Assembly (NCBI GenBank): GCA_001724265.1
Contig: MEDY01000297.1
Location: 50,257 to 70,256, forward strand
DNA length: 20,000 nt
Direction of reading: 5' to 3'
Source of the DNA: Rhizaria sp. SCN 62-66
Taxonomy: Eukaryota
Shown piece by piece: positions 10,627-19,789 of the stretch. Below the pieces are notes generated by a model. It was not told the origin of the DNA, made no database searches, and was given only the letters and a program-made list of their open reading frames with translations. Within the stretch, counting starts at the first letter, position 1, and each line of letters begins with the position of its first letter. Made by a program: the position numbers and the translations under genes.

Positions 10627-13254
10627 ATGTCTAGTGAAACAGACAAGTCTTCTCTACTCGAGCCACACCAGCTCGAAATCCCTACGCACTCAGCGGACAG
10701 CGAAACGTGCGACGTCCAGCCCGCGCTCGCCTCTGCCTCCACCGAGAACAGCGCCGACGCGGACACAGACCCCGACACTGATGTGTCCGTCGTGCCCGCC
10801 TCAGCCTCGACCTTGTTTCCGCCGCGCGCGTACGCGGCCGTGGTGCCGCGCCTACGCTTCCCGCGCTACGTGCACGGGCTCTTCTTCGCCGCGCACCTCG
10901 ACGACCCGCCCGCGGCGTACCTCTCGCTGTGGCCGCACCGCCTCACGCTGCTGCACTTCGCGCTTGCGGGGCTCGACGCGTTGGGCCAGCTTGACCTCCA
11001 TGTGCCTCCCGGCAGCGCGCGCAGGGCTGAGATCGTCGAGTGGGTCTACAAACTGCAGGCCGGCGCAGCCAGCAGTGGCAGCAGCGGCGACGGCGGCTGC
11101 AGCAGCCACAGCGGGAGCAGCGGCGCTGAGGGCACCGTTGCCGACAAGACGACTGGTAACTCTTGCATTGCTAGCGGCATGCTTGGCGACGGCATCAGCG
11201 CTGGCAGCAACGGCAACGCTCACAGTGCGTACACTGACAGCGTAGCTAGCCCGGTGACTGTGAGCCCATACGAACGCTTCCGCGCACTCGGCGGCTTTCG
11301 GGGCGCTCCGCTGATGCAGGGCGTTTACGGCAACAGCTCTAGCACCCCAACCAATGCTGCCGCTATCCCACAACCGCAGCCGCAGCCGCAACCCCCCTGC
11401 GCACAGGCGTCGTCGTAGTCCGCCGGCTCGCCGTGCTGCCCACCGCCGCCGTCACCGTCTGCGCTGTACCTGGACGTGTCGACGCTGCCGTCGACATACA
11501 GCGCGCTCTGCGTGCTCAGCATCCTGGGTGACCCGCTCGACCGCGTGCGCCGCGCGCCGCTGGCCGCGCTGCTCCGCGCCTGCATACTGCGCAGCCGCAG
11601 CGGGGCCCGCGCCAGCGCTGGCGCGGTCGCCGATCCGAACTCGATGGTTAGCAGGAGCAGTGGTGCGAGAGTTAGCGTGGAGAGCGCTGCTGACTCTGGT
11701 GACGCCGCGCAGTATGATTGCGACGCCGACGTAGACGCCGACGCAGACTACACCGACTTCAGCGACAGTGGCAGTGGCAGTGACAGTTGCAGCGACGGCG
11801 GCGGCGACAGCGATAATGTCCGTGATAATGAGGGCTCGAGTGCTCAGATGAATGATACCAAGACGAAGAGTCCCCGTGCTTCAAAGTCGACCTCTGAAAA
11901 GACCCCTGCGCCAGTGCAAGTGTTCAGCTCGCCGCTGCACGAAGAGGCGGACGTGCGGTTTGTCTACTGCGTGTGTGCGATTGCGCAGCTCGCAGACGCC
12001 GCCGCGCAGCGCAGCATCGCGCGCGACGCGGCACTGCGCGCCGCGACTGCAGCACAAAGTCCATAGCAGCGCGCAAGCGCGAGTACTATTACTAATGGTA
12101 GTGACGGTGACTATGCCAGCGGCGTGTCAGTGTGGGCCTCGGTGCCACTGCGCCCCCTCGCGGCTTATATTCGGTCGCTGCAGACCAGGGACGGCGGGCT
12201 CGCGCTTCTGCCTGCTGACAACGACAATAGTAGCGGCCACAGCAGTGACCGCTCCAACGACACATATGGATTTGATTCCCTCGCTGCTGTTGGGAAGCAG
12301 TTTTACGACTGCGACGTTGATGATGACACTAACAGTGCGAACGGCGGTCGTCGCGACTGCTGCTGGCAATCTCCACTTCCCTCCGCCGCTCACTCTGCTG
12401 CTGCTGCAACTTTCCACAGTACGACATACACGTGCACCGTGCCTCTCGGCCTGTACCAGCGGCTGCCGCGCCCGCTGCTGGCGCCCGTCAGCCTCGAGGG
12501 CCACGGCGGCTCTACCTACACTGGGCTCGCCGCGCTCACGCTGCTCGGGATGCGCGCGCGTGCACTGCGGCGGGGCGGGAAGCGGCGCACGCAGAGGCGG
12601 ACGCCGCAGCAGCGCGAGCAAGCGGATGAACAGCCGCGGCCCCGCGCTGCGTCCGCCGGCCGCAGCACCGTCTCGCTGCCGCGCGGCCTGCTGCCCGCGG
12701 CGGCGGCACGCGCGGCGCTGCGGTGGGCGAGTCTGCGGCAGGGCGATGGCTTCAGCGGGCGCGTGGGCAAGGCGCCCGACAGCTGCTATGCCTTCTGGGT
12801 CGGCGCGTCGCTGCACCTGCTCGCGGGCACCGACGCCGCGGGCCGGCCGCGGCTGCGCACGCAGCGCACAGCTGGCAATCGCGCGTTTGTGGTGCGCGCG
12901 TGTGAGGGTGCGCGGGCGGGGTTCGGCCGCGACGCCGAGTCGGGCGCCGAGGTGTACCACAGCCACTACGCCGTCGCGGGGCTGGCGCTGATGCAGGCCG
13001 AGGACGGGCGCGACGCCAACAACGAGTGCGCGCACGGCTGCGACGACGAACCGTGCGCGCGGTGCGAAAGCGGCTGTGAACAGGACGACGACGGCGACGG
13101 TGACGAAGAGGACGAGGACGAGCACCGGGCGGCGCACTGGCGTCTGGCCCCGATCGACCCCGTGCTGGGCATCTCGCGCCGCGCCGCGGGCACCGAGGGC
13201 GTCGCCTACCCGGGGCTGCTGCCGCGGGGCGACATCGAGCTCCAGTTTGAGTGA
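10627..13254 (+). CDS. PGGT1B: Geranylgeranyltransferase type-I beta subunit (PGGT1B/Cdc43-like); two in-frame TAG codons (11416-11418, 12064-12066) read as sense; ~875 aa
   Basis: ORFs 10606-11418, 11476-12066 and 12124-13254 share one frame. Colinear GGTase-I beta blocks: YLSLWPHRLTLLHFALAGLDALG, IVEWVYKLQ, GGFRG, TYSALCVLSILGDPLDRV, EADVRFVYCVCAI, YIRSLQTRDGGL, LEGHGGSTYTGLAALTLLG, RQGDGFSGRVGKAPDSCYAFWVGASL (Zn-ligand D-x-C), EVYHSHYAVAGLALM (Zn His). First ATG at 10627; ends in TGA. Confidence 0.88.
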
Positions 13255-13768
13255 CTGCGACTGCGGCCAGAGCCGAGAGTGTCAGAGGGACCTGAGATTG
13301 TGAGTAGAGTTTAATCATGTTGAGTGTAGAAGCTTAACATTCAGACGTAGTCATGGCGATACGAATACATGGCAACACTCTACTTTTGTAAGATTGCAAC
13401 TTGCGCGCTGCAATTTTTCCCCTTCATAATGAAAACTCTGTATATCAGCTGGGTATTTACTTCGACATCCTCCTCTTCCGCACCGTGACAACTATCGTCA
13501 AGACTCTCAGCATAATTCTCATGTGCATCTACCTTTCATGGCTGCACTTGCGTCTTGCAAACCTGTGCAAGTTTTACCTGATAAACCCGAGTGACAGTCA
13601 TTTCAAGTGCTGCGCGATCATATGTTTCCGCACGCGCATCTGTGTGTGCGCGCTACACCGCTACACCGCGACGCGACGCGCCAGGTTACGCTGCGCTTGT
13701 CATGTGTCACAGACCTACCTATGTGGCGCAAATTGGCAAACAGTGATAGGCTCAGCGTTGGAGCTGCC

Positions 13769-14971
13769 TTATCCAAAATACAGAAACAGCGCCTTAAAGA
13801 TCTGCTCTTTGTGGACCTCGCTGAAGTTCTTGTTGTTCATAAGGCGCTTGTAAAAGCCCCGTATCTCCGAGGAGAAGTCGTCATCCCTGCCCCACGCTAT
13901 TTTGCTTAGGGCGTCGGGCAACATCAGCGACGCGAAGCGGTACTTGGGCGGGTCCGTGCTCGACTTGTTCTCGGGCCCTTTGCAGATGATGCGGTCTGAG
14001 TGGATGGTCACCGTGTCGCTGATGCCGTACGCGGTCCGCTTGCCGGTGTGGAGGTTGAACACGAGGTCGTGCGGCATCGAGGTGCCGTCGAGGATGCTCT
14101 CGAGAGCGCCGAAGTGGTGCTTCGTCATGTTGCGCAAGGCGTACAGCAGCTTGTTGACGTCACGCGTCTCTTTTTCATACGCGGCGAGCTCCTCTGCACT
14201 CATCTCATCCCAGTACGGGAAAGTCTCGTTTTCGTCCTTAGCCACGAGATTGGCCCTCTACATCTCGTCGTAGATCCGCTGCACGGCTGTCCTGGCCTTT
14301 GCAATCCTGGCCTTGGCCTTCTTAAACTCGGCCTCAGCGTCCTTCTTTTTCTGTTCGTCACTGTCGAAAACGTCCTGAAGAAGGCTGGTCTCCATCAGTG
14401 CCTGCGCAAGCTCGGCCTGGTGGCACGCCTGCTGCGCCTTGACGAGCTCAGCCTCGGCGTCGGACATGCGGATCTTGTACCGCATCAGCTCGATCCTGTT
14501 ACAAAGGCTCTTGGTCGAGCTCTCGACATGCTCTACCGCCATCTCAGCCCTCTCCACCTTAACATCACCATCCTCGGCGGTTATCGCGTCGGACACCGCC
14601 TTCTGCGCCTGCGCCAGCTTCACCTCGGACTGCGCCTTGACGAGTGCGGCGGCGGCCGCCAGGAACTCGGAGGCATGCGCCTTGGAGCTTTCGGGCTGCC
14701 GCATTGCAGACGCGGACGCGGACGCTGATGAGAACGAGGACGAGGACGAGGATGAGGACGCGCCGCCAGCCTTGCGGCCCTGGTTGAGGGCGAAGAAACG
14801 CTTGGTGGCGGCCTTAAGCCGACGCTTCAGCTCGGCAGGCGACGTCTTGGCGTCGTCGTCTTCAGACTCGAAGTTGTCAGAAGCGGAGTGGACGGGGGTG
14901 GAACCGTCATTCATGAATCCGCCTGAGCTCGGGGCTGCGTTCTTGGACGACTTCTTCGAAGGCAAACTCAT
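13769..14971 (-). CDS. Hypothetical protein (~400 aa): low-complexity N-terminus, Ala/Glu/Lys-rich coiled coil, globular-looking C-terminal domain; one in-frame TAG at 14260-14258
   Basis: ORFs 14971-14258 and 14245-13769 are in the same frame, separated only by TAG (IYDEM*RANLVAKDE). Codon-like GC3 bias continues on both sides, and the downstream ORF as called begins at GTG, not ATG. Ends in TAA. No family recognised. Confidence 0.7.
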
Positions 14972-15344
14972 CTGGCGACAGCTTATTAGGAAATTTACGT
15001 GGTAAACGATAGACTATAAATGTGAGACAACTTGATCTAAAGTTCTTATCCTTTAAACTATCTCATAGCTGTTACAGAAATTGCCAAAACGTTTTTCAGC
15101 GTGTGATCCGGCCAGCGTTTTGCTTTTACTGTTTGATGGGGACATGTTGACCCGCAAGACTACGGAACATAAGTAGAATGGGATATAACGCAACGATACA
15201 ACGCATCATAAAACAATCATGTTTTAATGGCAGGCTTCTACGATGAAGTGTTCTCGAATTTGATGTTTGCGATCGGTACACGCGACTTAGCACCAAGGGT
15301 TGGGCTGAGTGATTCAGACGGCTTGACTAGTGATGGTGAGAAAC

Positions 15345-15377
15345 GACTGTGAGCACAGCTAGACTGTGAGCACAGCT
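15345..15377. repeat. Tandem duplication of GACTGTGAGCACAGCT (17-nt period)
   Basis: Exact 16-mers at 15345-15360 and 15362-15377; each holds an internal inverted repeat CTGTG-AG-CACAG. Confidence 0.9.
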
Positions 15378-15538
15378 CAACTCATAGGTTTGACGGACTC
15401 TTAAAGTCTAGAATTGTATTATTGTCACTCTAAATAAATAAGCTGCAGAAAAAGATATGTCAGTACATCGACCCAATAAAAATGACCCTCTCGTCCGTTC
15501 TATCTTTACCTGTTTGCAAGTGGCAGTCACTCCAGAAC

Positions 15539-17303
15539 TCAAATTGTGTAGAACGAGGTCTGGAAGTGCGTGTAGTGCCTAACGTCCACGGCGGGCAGGT
15601 TCTCCGGCCACAGCCACTTGCCCATCCTGCCCAGCGCGTAGTTGGCGCCGACGAAGAGCGGCGCGTGCACGAGCGGGACCTGCAGCGCGCCGCGGTACAG
15701 CGCGCGCACGCCGCCCTGTGCGAGCACCATGCGCAGCATATTGGCGTGGATGGAGCCGTTTTTGGCCAGCCCCACGTACCCGCGGTTCTGCGCCACGGCC
15801 ACGGCGGTGCGCAGCGTCCACAGCGGGTATGCGGCCAGCCCGGCGGCGGTGGCCGCCGCACCCGTGGCCGCGAGCGAGTGGTGGAACAGGTCGCGCTCTA
15901 GCGGCGACATCGCGGGACCCGGCCGCGGCGCCAGACGCGCGCGCTGCTCCGCCGTCAGGTTCGGGTAGTCGTACTTCTTCATCACGAACGCCGAGGCAAG
16001 ATTCATGAACATGCCCGTCGCGCCCGCGTAGGCCGCCGTGTACAGAGACATGTGCGCCAGAGAGGCCAGGCCGCCGCGCAGCGTGCCGCGCCACGTGTCG
16101 AACAGCGCCGTGTCGCGCAGCATCGCCAGCGCGGGCGACGAAGACGAGAGCAGCGCCTTGTGCTTCGCGCTCGTCGCCGCGCGCGCGTAGCCCTCCTGTC
16201 GAAACCAAGAAAGAATGAAGGAGTCGAAATACGAAACGATTGAGATCAAAGTCAAAATGCAGTAAAAAAAACAACAAAAATGGATACAATTGCGGTATAA
16301 TTCTGTGACATCTGTTCATATCAGGAAGATATCGTCTGATTTGTGAGTTCTAGTAACGTATGCGTACCTGGATGTGCTTGGGCAGCGGCGGCAGCGCGCG
16401 CGGCGCGAGCGTAGTCCTGTCGGCGGCGACGCGCGTACCCAACGCCCAGAGCGGGAACGTGGCGTATATGCATGCCATGTTGACGACCGCGTGCGCCTGC
16501 GCCAGCGCCGTGTCCGTGTCGGTCGACAACGAGGGCCGTAGTCCCGGCAGCAGCGCCAGCGGCAGCAGGAAGGGCGCACCCAGCAGCAGCGAGGTCGCGA
16601 GCTGCAGCGCGGCCTGCGGAAAGCCGCGCCAGAGCCCGCGCGCGCCCTGACGCTGCCAGACGAGGCGGAAGGCGGCCCGCAGCGTCGCCGTGCGCGGCTC
16701 CTCGGCGGCCGCGCGCAGGCAGCCCGCCTCAAGCGCGGACCGCAGCAGCAGCGCCTGCCCCGTCTGCACGCCCGCGCTCGCGCCGAGGTGCGCGGGAGGC
16801 ACACCCAGCTTCAGGTACGTCGTCGCCGTCGTCGTCGCCGTCGCCGCCGCAGTGGGGGCGGCAGACGCAGCGGCGGTGGGGGCCTTGGCGAAGGCGGAGA
16901 CGGGAGCCGGGGAGCCGCCGGCCGCCGCGGCAGCAACAGCGGCGGCGTCAGGCGCAGCGGCAGCTGCAGCCGCGCCAGTGGCGGGAGCGGGGGCGATTTT
17001 GAGGATGTGTGCGAGCGCGGTGGTGGTGACAAGGTCGGTGGCCTGGAGGATGCGGAGGCGCTCGAGCGGGTACGCCACAGCGGCGATGGCCGTGAGCGGC
17101 GCGGCCGTGTAGAGCGCGCTCTTGAACAGGAAGGACCAGAAGTCGAGCGTCGGCACCGCGGCCGCTGCGGCGCCCGTGGGGACCGCGGCCGGCACGGCCG
17201 AGTCGGGGCTCGATGACGCCAGCGTGTGGCCGGGGGCCAGGCGGCCCGCGGAGGCGGCCAGGGACAGCGTCGCCTCGGCCGAGTGCGCGGGAGCAGTCGC
17301 AGT

Positions 17304-17340
<37 letters not shown>

Positions 17341-17369
17341 TCAGTGCCTTGGTTGGAGGGAGAGCTCAT
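15539..17369 (-). CDS. Divergent mitochondrial carrier family (SLC25-like) protein; exons 17369-16368 and 16195-15539; ~552 aa
   Basis: Three carrier-like repeats: YPLERLRILQ...QGARGLWRGFP, FPLWALGTRV...FDTWRG, YPLWTLRTAV...QGGVRALYRG. Phase-0 GTACGC...CAG intron. ATG at 17369 (MSSPSNQG); ends in TGA. Confidence 0.8.
16196..16367 (-). other. Spliceosomal intron of SLC25-like gene (172 nt, phase 0)
   Basis: GTACGC donor at 16367, TTTCGACAG acceptor ending at 16196, T-rich; joins KHIQ to EGYAR. Confidence 0.87.
17304..17339 (-). repeat. (GCT)12 trinucleotide repeat encoding poly-Ala near the SLC25-like N-terminus
   Basis: Uninterrupted agc x12 on the + strand. Confidence 0.88.
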
Positions 17370-17881
17370 TGTGAGAGACCGGAACTCAACAGTGCAATTG
17401 TTATATGACCAGGCGTTGTATGTGGAGTTCGTCAGCACGCACGCAGTTGTTGCAACAAGAGCTGGGAACTACAGGTAGCGAGTTTAGATATGCGAGAGAC
17501 AAAGTTGAACGGCTCGCAGACTTGCTGTCGGTCGGAAATGACCTGTCGGGGAAGTGGGGTTTTGGAGGAATTGAAAAGTTGTAATAAAGGGAGATAAGAT
17601 ATTGCTCAAACAAATGACTATGTATGCCGTTATTTCTTCACTTTAATGAGGCGCTATGAAGATATGCTTTGTCAAAGTTGTTTGCAAGTGACCGTGGGTC
17701 AGACGGCCTTTTCGGCTGGGCTGGCGTGCTACTCCAACCGCGGCACCCTTCGGGCATCGGCGCTCGACCGAAGCGAGATGAGCATTCGTTGTTTTGCATC
17801 AAAACTTTCGTCGAAGAAGTCGCACAAGCTTTTCTCGGTCATATCTTTGGCTCCGTGTCAATACTCTTGCCAGTAAGTACA
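17370..17881. promoter_or_regulatory. Putative bidirectional promoter region between SLC25-like gene and OXA1
   Basis: ~510 nt AT-richer spacer between head-to-head ATGs; clustered GTCGG words at 17527-17549. Function is inferred from position only. Confidence 0.5.
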
Positions 17882-19342
17882 ATGCTTCGCTTCTCTTCTC
17901 GCCTCTCCCGCACCGGTGCGTCGGCACTCAACAAGGCCTCGGCCTCGGTCTCCGCCGCCGCCGCTGCCTCTGTCTCCTCTTTCGCTGCCCTCAGCAAGAC
18001 TCAGACCGCGCTCCCTACCCCCGCGGCGGCCGCGCGCTTCTACTCCGTGGCACTCTCGAGTGCGCTCCGCTCCGCGGGCGCCAGGAGCGGCGCTGCCAAG
18101 CCCACCAAGGACATCTACAGCCACCTCTCCCCGTCCAAGGTCGCTCCCGTCTCCAGTGCTGCCGCCAGCGCCGGCAAGGCGGCACCCAGTCTGTTCAAGG
18201 ATCCCCTTGCGTGGAGCCTCGCGCTGCCTACGCTGCTCCCCACCGCGGCCTGCGCCGACCCCGCCAGCACCTCCGCCGCCGCCGCCGCCGCCGCCAACTC
18301 CGCTGCTGCCGCTGCCCCCGCGGGCGCGGCCGACGTCGCCGCCGCGGCGGCCGCGTCAGCGTCCAGCTCGCTGTCGCCGCTGCCGAACCTGGGCCTCACG
18401 CCCACGATCCCCGGCCCGTTCGTGCAGTCGCTCGTGGACATCGTGACCAACTGGCAGGCGCTCACGGGACTGCCGTGGTGGGGTTCGATCGCCACGCTGA
18501 CCGTGCTCGTGCGTCTGCTGACGCTGCCGATCAACCTGAAGCAGGTCCAGTCCTCAGGTCGCATGATGAACGCGCAGCCGGACCTGCAAATGCTGCGCGC
18601 GCGCATGGACGCCGCCAAGGCCGCCGGCGAGGAGGTGATCCCCTCGCTGCACGCGCAGCAGGTCCGCGAGATCTTCCTCCGCCACCGCGCTTCGCCCTTT
18701 GGCACCATGGGACTGGCTCTTGCCTCGATGCCCATCTTCTTCGGGCTCTTCTGGATGTTCCGCGCGACGGTGATCCACCCCGAACTGATCCCGCTGCTCG
18801 AGCACGGCGGCTTCGCGCTCTTCGGTGACCTCCGCTTCATGGACCTCACCAAGGCCGACCCCTACTACCTCGCACCGCTGGTCTCGACCGTGACCGTGCT
18901 GGGCATGCTTGAGATGGCGCAACGTGAGAACGTCTCAACCGCCAAGACGGCCGTCATGATGAAGCATGTCATGCGCGCCGTGTCCATCCTCTCCTTCCCG
19001 CTCATCTGCAACTTCCCTCTGGGCCTCTTCGCCTTCTGGATCCCCTCGAACCTCTTCTCGTTGACCTTCTCCATTGTCTCGCGTCAGCCCGCGGTGCGCA
19101 AGGCCCTGGGCATCCCCACCATGGAGCAGCTCAAGCGCCTCACCATCGCGAACGAATCGGCCGCGTCGGGCCGCGTCGCCGAGGCCGCGCAGGAGCAGGC
19201 CCGCGCGCGCGCCATCAACGCCGCGCAGAACTCGGGCGCACCGCTCAACCCGCAGGTTTTTGTGCCCGCGCGGCCCAAGAAGGGCGCCAAGCCTTCCAAG
19301 TTCGGCGCGGGCGCCGGCGCCGGCGCGGCGGGGCAGCAGTGA
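17882..19342 (+). CDS. OXA1: Mitochondrial inner-membrane insertase Oxa1 (YidC/Oxa1/Alb3 family), ~486 aa, intronless
   Basis: TGLPWWGSIATLTVLVRLLTLPINLKQ, MPIFFGLFWMFR, DLTKADPYYLAPL and FPLGLFAFWIPSNLFSL...PAVRKALGIP. The N-terminus MLRFSSRLSRTGASAL... is Arg/Ser/Ala-rich and acid-free, like a mitochondrial presequence. First in-frame ATG at 17882; ends in TGA. Confidence 0.92.
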   Translation: MLRFSSRLSRTGASALNKASASVSAAAAASVSSFAALSKTQTALPTPAAAARFYSVALSSALRSAGARSGAAKPTKDIYSHLSPSKVAPVSSAAASAGKAAPSLFKDPLAWSLALPTLLPTAACADPASTSAAAAAAANSAAAAAPAGAADVAAAAAASASSSLSPLPNLGLTPTIPGPFVQSLVDIVTNWQALTGLPWWGSIATLTVLVRLLTLPINLKQVQSSGRMMNAQPDLQMLRARMDAAKAAGEEVIPSLHAQQVREIFLRHRASPFGTMGLALASMPIFFGLFWMFRATVIHPELIPLLEHGGFALFGDLRFMDLTKADPYYLAPLVSTVTVLGMLEMAQRENVSTAKTAVMMKHVMRAVSILSFPLICNFPLGLFAFWIPSNLFSLTFSIVSRQPAVRKALGIPTMEQLKRLTIANESAASGRVAEAAQEQARARAINAAQNSGAPLNPQVFVPARPKKGAKPSKFGAGAGAGAAGQQ

Positions 19343-19789
19343 GTGCGACGGAAGGGCATTGATGCTTCATTTGAGTCCCAACAGTGCATGCAATGATGGA
19401 CCCAAGCTGCTATGTAGAGAGAAGTTACGCTTGGCAAAAGTCACTTGCTGTTGACCTCCGTCCGTTCGCGTTGCCTATTGGTGCTTTTGATGTTGCTTTT
19501 TGGTCGTTTTGCGTTGCTTGGGTGGAAAAGTATATAGGTTTTGTCTTTTGTAATATTTTATTATCTAATTATTATATTGTGCTATACCACTATCAACATT
19601 TCAATTGAAATATTTGTAATACAAAGTAAAACACGTCACTATGCTTTAAACAAATTTCATCGATGCCCAAACCCCGCAGATTAGTCTCTGTATGCTCAGT
19701 AAGCCTTACTTAAATATTGACACCGTTTAAATTGCTGGAGTTAGAGGATCCAAAACTAATGTATATTTCATCAATTTAGACCGGGGGTA

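Noticed and set aside
11416-12066. TAGs as 3' splice acceptors or as lying inside introns
   Set aside because: There is no T-rich ~200-nt segment or GTACG donor upstream, unlike the five clear introns, and the flanks are open, codon-like and in frame.
1-13254. SNF2 and GGTase-I beta as pseudogenes or as several separate small genes
   Set aside because: Only TAG interrupts them, there are no frameshifts, catalytic motifs are intact and colinear, and the strong GC3 bias of the conserved blocks is preserved.
13401-13853. 150-aa + strand ORF in the GGTase/orphan spacer
   Set aside because: TTG start, AT-rich, lacks the codon bias of real genes and overlaps the orphan's 3' end; likely UTR sequence.
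1162-14260. Pyrrolysine/selenocysteine insertion or programmed readthrough at the TAGs
   Set aside because: Sec uses UGA; Pyl is prokaryotic and no pyl genes are present. The TAGs are in non-catalytic positions, occur twice per gene in two genes and share no 3' context.
17669-17881. N-terminal extension of OXA1 suggested by the ORF track
   Set aside because: Non-ATG start in AT-richer sequence; the ATG at 17882 begins a typical mitochondrial presequence and the codon bias starts there.
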